The notes under the pieces were generated by a model that saw only the letters and a list, made by a program, of their open reading frames with translations, searched no databases and was not told the DNA's origin. Shown one piece after another: positions 38,320 through 47,195 of a stretch of DNA of 64,000 nt. Numbering within the stretch: the stretch's first letter is position 1; each line of letters starts with the position of its first letter. The position numbers were made by a program, and so were the translations under genes. Origin of the DNA: an uncultured Oscillospiraceae bacterium (GTDB lineage: Bacteria > Bacillota > Clostridia > UBA1212 > UBA1255); assembly GCA_902472555.1 (NCBI GenBank), contig CABROF010000002.1:28404-92403 (forward strand), in the 5' to 3' direction.

Positions 38320-38663
38320 ACACCTCGCCCCACAATACCGGCACTGTACAACTTTCCGCAGGCAATAAACAGCGGGTGATTCGTGGTCAGTACAATAATT
38401 CCTTTTTCCTTTGCCAATTCGACGATCTGCTCTCCGGGAACCTTTCCCCGTACAAAACAAATCACCCGGATATCCATCATTTCCGCAGTTCTCACTACCT
38501 GCGCATTTACCAGACCTGTGCACAAAATGACACTCTCTTTTACGAATGCCATCACGTCACTCATCAGGTCTGCACCGCATCCGGAATAAACCTCCAGATC
38601 CAGATGATCCTCCCCGGTCAATACCTTCGCTTCAAGAATTTTAATGATTTCGCTTACTTTCAT
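38310..38663 (-). CDS. DRTGG domain-containing protein (second copy)
   Basis: 117 aa, paralogous to 36216..36548 (MKVSEI...LLSWV/LMSDV...). Confidence 0.65.
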   Translation of the reverse strand: MKVSEIIKILEAKVLTGEDHLDLEVYSGCGADLMSDVMAFVKESVILCTGLVNAQVVRTAEMMDIRVICFVRGKVPGEQIVELAKEKGIIVLTTNHPLFIACGKLYSAGIVGRGVWN

Positions 38664-38681
38664 GCATTACCCGCCCTTTCG

Positions 38682-41339
38682 TTATTTGCCTGCTTTTTTC
38701 AGCAGAGAAGCCAGTCTTTCCGCAACGCTTTGATGCATCATCGTGTATTTCGCTTGTTTTTCTTTTTCTTCGGATATCACCTTTTCCGGCGCCTTTGCCA
38801 GAAATCCCGCATTCCCGAGCTTCGCATGCACGCGGGCAAGCTCCTCCGCAAGCTTTGCCTGTTCTTTTTTCAGCCGTTCAATCTCTTTTTCAAAATCGAT
38901 CAGATCCTCCAGCGGAATATATACTTCCACCGTATCCACAACCGCTGATGCCGCATCCTCCGGGATCCCGTCCTTATTCGGCTGAATCGAAATACCCGAA
39001 GCATATGCCAGCCGCTGAAAATAAGGCTCCGCCTCTTTCAAGAACGCGCCGTACCGGCCGGTCACAAACAAGAGCTGCGCTTTTTTTGCCGGCGGCACAT
39101 TCATTTCCTGCCGGATATTCCGAATACTGCGGATAACGCCGATTACAAGCGACATCTTCCGTTCCTCCTCGGCATAGTTCATGGAGGCCTGATATTCCGG
39201 CCATTGGGATATCATAATGCTATCCGCATCATGGTACAAGCTCTGATAAATTTCTTCTGTTACAAACGGCATAAACGGATGCAGCAGCTTCATGCAGGTT
39301 ACCAATACCGCATTCAGTACATACTGCGCTTCAAGGCGCGTTCCGTTTTCGGGATCAAACAGGCGCGGCTTTACCAGTTCAATGTACCAATCGCAATATT
39401 GGTCCCATATAAAATCATACACCTTTGAAAGGGCAACGCCAAGTTCATATTTATCCAGATTTTCCGTAACCTCACGCACAAGCTGATTGACGGAAGAAAG
39501 GATCCACTTATCCGCGGCAGTAAACTTCTGCGGATCTACGGCGTCAAAATCCGGATTTTCATCAAAATTCATCAGCACAAAACGCGTTGCATTCCAGATC
39601 TTATTGGCAAAATTTCTGGCAGCTTCAACCTTTTCCTCCAAAAAGCGCTGATCATTTCCGGGTGCGTTTCCGGATATAAGCGCGAAACGCAGTGCGTCAG
39701 TTCCATATTTATCGATAATCTCCAGCGGATCAATGCCGTTTCCTAAGGATTTGGACATTTTTCGTCCCTGTGCATCGCGGATCAGGCCGTGAATCAGCAC
39801 ATGATGGAACGGCGCTTCTCCCATCTGCTCCAGGCCTGAAAAAATCATCCTGGCTACCCAGAAGAAAATAATATCGTATCCGGTTACAAGGACATCCGTG
39901 GGATAAAAATATTTCAGATCCGCAGTCTCTTTCGGCCATCCCAAGGTAGAAAACGGCCACAGCGCCGAGCTGAACCAAGTATCCAGCGTATCAGGATCCT
40001 GCTCAAATTCCCTGCAGCCGCAGGCCGGACAGCACGCCGGCATGGTTTTCGCAACCTCCGTATGGCCGCAGTTTTTGCAATAATAGGCAGGAATCCGATG
40101 TCCCCACCACAGCTGCCGCGAAATACACCAATCCTGAATATTCTCCATCCAATTATAATAGATCTTTGAAAAACGGTCCGGAACAAATTGAACCTTTCCG
40201 CTGCGCACCGCTTCAATAGCCGGCTCTGCCAGTGGCTTCATTTTCACATACCATTGCTTGGAGACCACCGGCTCCACTACGGTTCCGCAGCGCTGACAGG
40301 TTCCTACATTATGACGATGCGGCTCGGTTTTCACCAACAGGCCCAGTGCATCCAAATCCTGAATAATCTGCCGGCGCGCCTCATAACGGTCCATACCGCA
40401 GTATTTTCCGCCGTTTTCATTGATCCTGCCCCGATCGTCCATAATGCGGATCACAGGCAGACCGTGACGCTGCCCAACCTCAAAATCATTCGGGTCATGG
40501 GCAGGCGTAATTTTGACTGCTCCGGTACCAAATCCAAGCTCCACATACGAATCCGCAATCACCGGGATTTCTTTGTTTACCAAGGGCAGAATTAATTTTT
40601 TCCCAATTATATCTTTATATTTCTCATCCTCCGGATTGACTGCCACCGCGGTATCGCCCAGCAGGGTTTCCGGCCGCGTAGTCGCGATAATCAGCGCGCC
40701 GCTGCCGTCTGCAAACGGGTAGCGGATATGCCAAAAGCTTCCGTCCATTTCTTCATATTCCACTTCAATATCGGAAATCGAGGTATTGCACTTCGGACAC
40801 CAGTTCGTAATCCGCTCCCCCCGATAAATCAATCCTTTTTGATAGAGACGCAGAAAAACCTCCAGCACCGCTTCCGAAAGGCCCTCGTCCATTGTAAAGC
40901 GTTCCCGGCTCCAATCGCAGGAGCTTCCCATGCGTTTCAGCTGTTCAATGATTCTGCCGCTGTAATGCGCTTTCCACTCCCAAGCGCGCTCTAAAAAGGC
41001 TTCCCGTCCGATATCCTCTTTTTTCAGGCCTTCTTTGGCCAGCGCATCCACAATTTTGGCTTCGGTCGCAATACTCGCATGATCTGTACCCGGCAGCCAC
41101 AGCGCCGCATAGCCCTGCATACGTTTAAACCGGATTAAAATATCCTGAAGCGTATTGTCCATCGCATGTCCCATATGCAGCTGACCGGTGATATTCGGAG
41201 GCGGGATTACAATCGTATACGGCTTTTTATTCGGATCTGCACTGCAGCCGAAATACCCTTTCTCTTCCCAATTTTTATAAATTCTTCCTTCTGCCTGGGA
41301 AGGTTCATATACCTTTGCCATCTGTTCTGCCGCTTTCAT
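38682..41339 (-). CDS. valS: Valine--tRNA ligase
   Basis: HMGH ([16 protein letters not shown]) and KMSKS motifs, 885 aa with a C-terminal coiled coil. GGAGG RBS 12 nt upstream. Confidence 0.95.
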   Translation of the reverse strand: MKAAEQMAKVYEPSQAEGRIYKNWEEKGYFGCSADPNKKPYTIVIPPPNITGQLHMGHAMDNTLQDILIRFKRMQGYAALWLPGTDHASIATEAKIVDALAKEGLKKEDIGREAFLERAWEWKAHYSGRIIEQLKRMGSSCDWSRERFTMDEGLSEAVLEVFLRLYQKGLIYRGERITNWCPKCNTSISDIEVEYEEMDGSFWHIRYPFADGSGALIIATTRPETLLGDTAVAVNPEDEKYKDIIGKKLILPLVNKEIPVIADSYVELGFGTGAVKITPAHDPNDFEVGQRHGLPVIRIMDDRGRINENGGKYCGMDRYEARRQIIQDLDALGLLVKTEPHRHNVGTCQRCGTVVEPVVSKQWYVKMKPLAEPAIEAVRSGKVQFVPDRFSKIYYNWMENIQDWCISRQLWWGHRIPAYYCKNCGHTEVAKTMPACCPACGCREFEQDPDTLDTWFSSALWPFSTLGWPKETADLKYFYPTDVLVTGYDIIFFWVARMIFSGLEQMGEAPFHHVLIHGLIRDAQGRKMSKSLGNGIDPLEIIDKYGTDALRFALISGNAPGNDQRFLEEKVEAARNFANKIWNATRFVLMNFDENPDFDAVDPQKFTAADKWILSSVNQLVREVTENLDKYELGVALSKVYDFIWDQYCDWYIELVKPRLFDPENGTRLEAQYVLNAVLVTCMKLLHPFMPFVTEEIYQSLYHDADSIMISQWPEYQASMNYAEEERKMSLVIGVIRSIRNIRQEMNVPPAKKAQLLFVTGRYGAFLKEAEPYFQRLAYASGISIQPNKDGIPEDAASAVVDTVEVYIPLEDLIDFEKEIERLKKEQAKLAEELARVHAKLGNAGFLAKAPEKVISEEKEKQAKYTMMHQSVAERLASLLKKAGK

Positions 41340-41394
41340 TGCCCAAAACCTCCAAAAATGTTTTCATTTGCCGCAAAGCATTATACAATTTGTT

Positions 41395-41424
41395 ATTGTA
41401 ACGCTACCTGCATTCCTTTGTCAA
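41395..41424 (-). promoter_or_regulatory. Sigma-70 promoter for valS (TTGACA-N18-TACAAT, TGTATAAT just downstream), embedded in the 3' end of the upstream ABC ATPase gene
   Basis: Hexamers read directly on the minus strand; the leader to the valS ATG is only ~55 nt. Confidence 0.5.
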
Positions 41425-42027
41425 CTGCTCTGCCTCCTCTGCATCGTGGCTGATTACCACCAGCAGCTTTCCGGCACATTCTTTCCGGATTCTGTCGATC
41501 ATACCGGATTTCAGCGTATCGTCAAGTCCTTTAAAAGGCTCATCAAACAGATAGATATCCCCGCCGAACAGCAAAGCCCTGGCAATTGCAGCGCGGCGTT
41601 TCATCCCCCCGCTGAGCATATGCGGATATTTGTCCGCTGCCTCCTCAAGCGAAACCATGGACAGCAGCCGCATAATCTCTTTTTCAGAAGGCCGGTCCAA
41701 TGCCGCCGCAACATTTTCATAAACCGTGAGCCAGGGCAGCAGTCTGTCCTCTTGGAATAAAACAGAGATTCTTTTTCCGTCAAAGCCGCTGCGTATTCCG
41801 CTGTCGGGCTTTAGCAGGCCCGCCAAGATCATCAGGAGCGTGGTTTTTCCAATCCCGGAACGGCCGGATATCACGCAGACCCCCGCCGCGGGCAGGGACA
41901 GCGTCACACGATCCAATACAGTCTGTCCCGCATAACACTTTGTGACTTCACGCAGTTCATATGCCGGCTGATAGGGTTCTTTTCCGCCGTATAAAAAACA
42001 AATTGCTTCCGCAGCCTCAGCGCGCAT
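41404..42027 (-). CDS. ABC transporter ATP-binding protein (SsuB/TauB/ThiZ-like, 207 aa)
   Basis: GRSGIGKTT, LSGGMKRRAAIA, LFDEPFKGLD. Confidence 0.8.
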   Translation of the reverse strand: MRAEAAEAICFLYGGKEPYQPAYELREVTKCYAGQTVLDRVTLSLPAAGVCVISGRSGIGKTTLLMILAGLLKPDSGIRSGFDGKRISVLFQEDRLLPWLTVYENVAAALDRPSEKEIMRLLSMVSLEEAADKYPHMLSGGMKRRAAIARALLFGGDIYLFDEPFKGLDDTLKSGMIDRIRKECAGKLLVVISHDAEEAEQLTKECR

Positions 42028-42067
42028 CGTAACTTCCAGCCTTTCTTAAATTCCCGCGTGAAAACTT

Positions 42068-42907
42068 TTATTTTTCCCGCTGCGCCTCTTCGTTCCGCCG
42101 GCGCCGAGAGCCGCCTGCCAGACCGATCATTTTCACCAAAACCTTTTCAATCACCATACTGATCAGAATTACCACCAGCGTCCATGCAAACATATCCGGC
42201 ATTTCAATGTATATTTTAGATGCATACAGCTCCTTGCCGATGGAAAATTCCGGTCTGCCGATTACCTCCGCTGCGACCCCCGCCTTCCAGGCCATTCCGA
42301 TACCCGCGGAAAGTGCCGCCTGAAAATACGGAAAAACAGACGGAATGTAAATCAGACGCATCATCTTTTTTTTGTTAAAATGATAAGCCTTTCCCATTTC
42401 CAGCAATTCCGGGTCCGTTTGGTTCAGGCCGGAGGTCAGATTGGTCCAAACCGTAGGCAGCACCATCAGAAAGCAGATAAAAACAGGTACGCGTCCCGTT
42501 GCGAACCACATTAACGCGAGGATAATAAAAGATGCCACAGGAGTTGCTTTTACCGTATTGATCATCGGATAAAAAAAGTCCCGCAGAAAGGGACTGATAT
42601 AGGTCAGAACCGCCAAAACAGTCCCGGCTGCGGAGGCCAGTATAAAGCCGGCCAGCACACGGCAGATGCTGTACAGGATCGACTTCCAGAAAAGCGGCTG
42701 CTGAATCAGGCTGCCCAAGCTTTTCAACACTGCCGCAGGAGGCGGAACCAGAACCTCAAGGTCAACGGCTTTCGCCGCGAGGAACCAGATCAACAGCCAT
42801 ACTGCAGCTGAAGCCGCCTTGCTCAGAATTGAAATAAGGCGGCTTTTATGCTGTCTGGCAGTATTGCGCTCCGGGCCGTAATCACCGGCCGTAGTAAAAA
42901 TTCTCAT
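42068..42907 (-). CDS. ABC transporter permease (SsuC/TauC/ThiX-like, BPD_transp_1)
   Basis: 6 TM with an EAA-like loop. Confidence 0.75.
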   Translation of the reverse strand: MRIFTTAGDYGPERNTARQHKSRLISILSKAASAAVWLLIWFLAAKAVDLEVLVPPPAAVLKSLGSLIQQPLFWKSILYSICRVLAGFILASAAGTVLAVLTYISPFLRDFFYPMINTVKATPVASFIILALMWFATGRVPVFICFLMVLPTVWTNLTSGLNQTDPELLEMGKAYHFNKKKMMRLIYIPSVFPYFQAALSAGIGMAWKAGVAAEVIGRPEFSIGKELYASKIYIEMPDMFAWTLVVILISMVIEKVLVKMIGLAGGSRRRRNEEAQREK

Positions 42908-43928
42908 CCGGTATGCGGCCTCCTATGGACCCTGCGTTATAATCATACAGCACGCCGAAAAAGCCGCCGATCTTATCCTTCATTTCCGTCCCGTCTATAT
43001 AAACGATATTACAGTTCGGGATTGCGCGCTTTGCCGCCTCCGCAGAAGCCATAATGCCGTATTGCGCGGTAAGTTCCGCTGTTTCGTCTAAATTGGCCGC
43101 CGCATATTCCGCAGATGCTTTGTACGCATCCAGAAACTGATTCACCGCCTCCGGATGCTGCTGCGCAAATTCTTTATTTACCACAATACATCCCATTGTC
43201 AGCACAGTCCCCGCTTTGTCCTGCCCCGCGCAAGCCTGTTCAAACGCTTCCGTCAAATTCAGCGCAATGCGGTATTCGCCGCTTTTTGACAAAAGCGTTG
43301 TCACAAAAGGTTCCGGCAGCATAACAACATCCGCCTGACCTGCCAGCGCCTGTGCCACCAATTCCGCATGTTCCGAGCCTTTCTCATAGCTGACATCAGC
43401 AGTGACGTGATTGGCTTTTAAAATATAATCCAATACATATTCCGGCGTCGCGCCCTGCCCTGTGGCATATATTGTCCTGCCGTCTAAATCCGAAACCGTC
43501 TGAATGGTTTCTCCCTTTTCCAAAATATACAGCACGCCGAGGGTATTGAGCGCCGCAAGCTGAATCTTTCCTGTTTTATTGTACAGCACCGCCGCGGCAT
43601 TTGTCGGCAGTGCCGCGATCTGCAAATCCCCTTTTATCAAATCCCCCGTAATTTCATCCGGCGTACCGACGAATTTAATTTCATAATTGCCCTTTGCTGT
43701 TTTCTTTTGAACCTGATCCCGCAGCTTAACCATTCCAATGCCGGTGGGGCCTTTCAGCGCGGCAATATTGATTTTTACCGAAGAATCTCCGCCTCCGCCG
43801 CTCTCTTCATTCTGATTCTTTTTCCCGCATCCGGCTGCTAAAGTCAAAAACAGCAAAAACGCAGTCAGTGCGCATAATATCTTTTTGTACGTACGCCGCA
43901 TAGCCATCACCATGCTTTTGCCCCGCAA
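42882..43928 (-). CDS. NMT1/THI5-like (SsuA/ThiY-type) substrate-binding lipoprotein
   Basis: Signal plus lipobox LAAGC and a periplasmic-binding fold of the NMT1/SsuA family. Confidence 0.7.
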   Translation of the reverse strand: MRGKSMVMAMRRTYKKILCALTAFLLFLTLAAGCGKKNQNEESGGGGDSSVKINIAALKGPTGIGMVKLRDQVQKKTAKGNYEIKFVGTPDEITGDLIKGDLQIAALPTNAAAVLYNKTGKIQLAALNTLGVLYILEKGETIQTVSDLDGRTIYATGQGATPEYVLDYILKANHVTADVSYEKGSEHAELVAQALAGQADVVMLPEPFVTTLLSKSGEYRIALNLTEAFEQACAGQDKAGTVLTMGCIVVNKEFAQQHPEAVNQFLDAYKASAEYAAANLDETAELTAQYGIMASAEAAKRAIPNCNIVYIDGTEMKDKIGGFFGVLYDYNAGSIGGRIPDENFYYGR

Positions 43929-44196
43929 AAGCTTTCCTTTCTTTTAAGATTTAATTGTCTGAACCGTTCCGGATCCGCCGTACAGACTTTACCGGCCGCC
44001 CGAATTCCGGCACAGACATTTTACGGACCTTTCATAACAAATCCGTAAAACCTATTATATCATAATTCTGCAAAAAATTGCTACCGGATCCTTTCGTAAA
44101 ACACGCGGCAGTCGCCTTTGCGCAAGCCCGCTATAATATACAAGCTTTCTTTTCCCGAACCTGCTTCTTTTTCCGAAAAATTTCTTCGTAAAAATA

Positions 44197-44229
44197 TAAA
44201 ATGCGGCTGCACATGCGGCCGCATTTTTC
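44197..44229. terminator. Bidirectional Rho-independent terminator (aaaatgcggc...gccgcattttt)
   Basis: Hairpin flanked by an A-run and a T-run, 65 nt downstream of the minus-strand gene ending at 44294. Confidence 0.55.
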
Positions 44230-44293
44230 AAATAAAGATCATAACTTCATTTCATTCATATTTCAGTCTCAGCTGCTGCGCACTCAGACGTTT

Positions 44294-44581
44294 CTATTCC
44301 GAAATGCGCTCCGCTGCCGTCTTGTTGTAAATAATCTTTTTGACACTTTCTTCCGACAAGCAATATTTTGCGGATATTTCACGCATATCACAACCGTCTG
44401 AAAAATCGCTGCGTATTGCTCTATTGCGGTCCGCCAGCTCCTGCCGCGTTCCGGTAAGCGCACCCCAAGGCACCCGGGGCTGACTGCCAGTAGGAATATA
44501 CAAAAGCGTGCCGCCCGCATATTTTTGAACCTCTGCCAAAAGATTAGGTGGAAGAAAGTCCTTTGCGTTTTTATAGGACAA
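44294..44581 (-). CDS. Small HTH regulator, CD3324/Mor-like family
   Basis: 95 aa; MSYKNAKDFLPPNLLAEVQKYAGG...LYIP...R..AIRSDF..G.....ISAKYCLSEESVKKII resembles CD3324-family proteins. Confidence 0.5.
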   Translation of the reverse strand: MSYKNAKDFLPPNLLAEVQKYAGGTLLYIPTGSQPRVPWGALTGTRQELADRNRAIRSDFSDGCDMREISAKYCLSEESVKKIIYNKTAAERISE

Positions 44582-44853
44582 AAATGAACCACCTCTTTAA
44601 TTTAGGATAAAACAGCCGGCCGGACATGAACGGCATATCTTTGTTATATGTCATCCACGTCCGGAACCGGCGTCCTGTTCATTTTAGGTCAGAACAAAGA
44701 CCACCCTTTTGTAATCAATTCAAATCAGCTCCTTTCAGATCATACTCACCTTACGGCGCAATTGCCGCATTTCACACGCGTGTTAGGAAAAGGCTGTAGC
44801 CAGATTATACAAAAGAAGGCGGCAGAAAGCAATGGAAAAAATAATTATATCCG

Positions 44854-46533
44854 TTATTTCTCCGGCGTCTGGACGGTCTGCTCCCGGATCGCCGCACGGC
44901 GGATTTTTCCGCTGACGGTTTTGGGCAGTTCTTCCACGAATTCAACGACCCGCGGATATTTATACGGCGCGGTAATGCGCTTCACATGATTCTGCAGTTC
45001 TTTCTTCAGTTCATCGGAGGCGGTATAGCCGCGTGTCAGTACAATGGTAGCCTTGACTACTTGTCCCCGGACAGGGTCCGGTGCAGCCGTAATCGCACAT
45101 TCCAAAACAGCAGGATGCGTCATTAAGGCGCTTTCCACTTCAAAGGGACCAATCCGGTACCCTGAGCATTTGATGACGTCGTCTTTTCTGCCGATAAACC
45201 AGATGTAACCGTCCTCATCGTACCAGGCATTGTCTCCTGTATGAAAATCTCCGCCCGCAAACAGCTTCTCATTTGCCGCGTCGTCATGATAATAACCGAT
45301 CGTCAGTCCGACAGGTCTGTTCTTCAGGGCGCCGCGGATTACCAGCTCCCCTTCCTCTCCGATTTCACATTCCTTTCCGTTCTGGTCCACGATATGGATA
45401 TCAAACAGCGGAGAGGCCTTCCCCGTAGATCCCGGCTTCGGATCGATCCACGCATAGTTTGCCAGCAGCACCGGCCCCTCGGATTGGCCAAAGCCCTCAT
45501 AAAGCTTATGCCCGGTGAGGTTCTCCCATTGCCGGAAAACTTCCGGATTCAGCGGCTCGCCTGCCATGCAGCAATGATGGATCGAAGAAAGATCGTATTT
45601 GGTAATATCCTCCTTAATCATGAAGCGGTACATGGTTGCCGGCGCGCAAAACGTCGTAATTTTGTATTTTTCGATTACCTGCAGTAGCCTGTGGGGATCA
45701 AACTTGTCCATATCATACCCTAACACGGCAGATCCCGCAATCCATTGACCGTATATTTTACCCCAGGAGAATTTAGCCCATCCGGAATCCGCAACGGTCA
45801 GATGCAGGCCGTTATCCTCTACCTGCTGCCAATATTTTGCCGTCAATATATGCCCCAGGGGATAAGACTGAACATGCTGTACCATTTTCGGCATACCGGT
45901 GGTTCCTGAGGTAAAATACATCAGCATCAGGTCATCGCACATCACACGATCCGGCCCGGACGGCCGCTGGAAAATTTCGCTCTGCGCCGCGTATGCCTCC
46001 GTATAATTAATCCAGCCCTCCCGGCCGCCGTCGATCAGCGCGCGGTATTGCAGCGACGGACACTGAGCCAGAGAATTTTCTACATGATTGATAATGTTTT
46101 CGTCATGTGCGCAGACAATCATTTTCACGCCGGCGGCATTGACCCGGTAAATCAGATCCTTCTCTGTCAGCTGAAAGGTCGCCGGGATTGCAACGGCTCC
46201 GATTTTATGCAGCGCCGTCACGGTCATCCAATATTCATAGCGGCGTTTCATAATCAGCATGACACGGTCCCCTTTCCGGATGCCGATAGATTTGAAATAA
46301 TTGCACATGCGGTTGCTGTAGGCTTTGATATCATTAAATGTAAAACGGCGTTCACTGCCGTGGTCGTCGCACCAGACCAAAGCCGTTTTTCCCGGCTCTG
46401 CCTCTGCCCAGCCGTCTACAACATCGAATCCGAAATTAAAGTCCTCCGGTACCCGAACCGTATAATTCTCTTTAAAATCCTCGTATGAATCGAACTCAAT
46501 CCGCGGTAAATATTTGCGTAGCATGTAACTCAT
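44854..46533 (-). CDS. AMP-binding acyl/aryl-CoA ligase (adenylate-forming enzyme)
   Basis: YTSGTTGMPK AMP-binding motif, TGD, and a C-terminal lysine region. Confidence 0.8.
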   Translation of the reverse strand: MSYMLRKYLPRIEFDSYEDFKENYTVRVPEDFNFGFDVVDGWAEAEPGKTALVWCDDHGSERRFTFNDIKAYSNRMCNYFKSIGIRKGDRVMLIMKRRYEYWMTVTALHKIGAVAIPATFQLTEKDLIYRVNAAGVKMIVCAHDENIINHVENSLAQCPSLQYRALIDGGREGWINYTEAYAAQSEIFQRPSGPDRVMCDDLMLMYFTSGTTGMPKMVQHVQSYPLGHILTAKYWQQVEDNGLHLTVADSGWAKFSWGKIYGQWIAGSAVLGYDMDKFDPHRLLQVIEKYKITTFCAPATMYRFMIKEDITKYDLSSIHHCCMAGEPLNPEVFRQWENLTGHKLYEGFGQSEGPVLLANYAWIDPKPGSTGKASPLFDIHIVDQNGKECEIGEEGELVIRGALKNRPVGLTIGYYHDDAANEKLFAGGDFHTGDNAWYDEDGYIWFIGRKDDVIKCSGYRIGPFEVESALMTHPAVLECAITAAPDPVRGQVVKATIVLTRGYTASDELKKELQNHVKRITAPYKYPRVVEFVEELPKTVSGKIRRAAIREQTVQTPEK

Positions 46534-46552
46534 TCGTAAATTCCTCCATATT

Positions 46553-47134
46553 TTACAGCAAAATAACAGTCAGGAAACGGGCCTCCCTGCCGCCCATGGC
46601 AGTCTGTGCATGAGGGACGTTCGGGTCAAAATAAAAGCAGTCGCCCTCATGGAGTATAAACTCCCGTTCGCCGAAGAGCACCCGGACCGTCCCTTCCAAC
46701 ACATAATTGAACTCCTGGCCCGGATGCTTTACCAATTCCGGCGGGGACAGCTCTGTCTCCGCACCCACGGTAACCACCATGGGTTCAATTTTCCTGCCCA
46801 CAAATTTATACGCAATGCTCTCAAAATCATAGCCCTTATAACGGTCCACCGCGATGCCCTCTCCTTTCCGGACAACGCTGCAGTTCACCAGCTTCGGAGA
46901 AACGCCTGTCAGAATCTCCGTTAGGTCGACGTGAAGCTTTGCTGCGATTTCATACAAAACACTGACCGGAAAATCCGCCTCCGCCCTTTCATACGCTAAA
47001 TACGTATCAAGCGGCAAATTCAGCTCCTTTGCCATTGTTTCCGGCGTGATATCGCATACTTCGCGCAGCTCTACGATTCTGGATGCAATCTCATGGATCT
47101 GCTGTCTCATGGTATCATTCATACCGTCTCTCAT
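46553..47134 (-). CDS. XRE-family HTH regulator with C-terminal cupin domain
   Basis: HTH_3 N-terminus (ITPETMAKELNLPLDTYLAYERA) and cupin (HPGQEFNYVLEGTVRVLFG...HEGDCFYF). Confidence 0.75.
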   Translation of the reverse strand: MRDGMNDTMRQQIHEIASRIVELREVCDITPETMAKELNLPLDTYLAYERAEADFPVSVLYEIAAKLHVDLTEILTGVSPKLVNCSVVRKGEGIAVDRYKGYDFESIAYKFVGRKIEPMVVTVGAETELSPPELVKHPGQEFNYVLEGTVRVLFGEREFILHEGDCFYFDPNVPHAQTAMGGREARFLTVILL

Positions 47135-47195
47135 TTTTCTGCTCCTTTCTTTTCGGTCCTTTTTTCAGGACCCGTGTAACGCACGCTTTTGCCGA

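Noticed and set aside
38376-38948. 190-aa + ORF spanning the DRTGG/valS junction
   Set aside because: Antisense to valS and DRTGG, with low-complexity composition.
41340-41700. Expected T-box riboswitch upstream of valS
   Set aside because: Only 64 nt separate valS from the upstream CDS, and I could not find a T-box (AGGGUGGNACCGCG) motif. Reported as a finding rather than a feature.
43929-44196. TPP or S-box riboswitch upstream of the NMT1-like SBP
   Set aside because: Neither the CUGAGA / ACCUGAUCUGGAUAAUGCCAGCG TPP core nor the S-box kink-turn motifs were seen on the minus strand. Left as an unexplained long leader.
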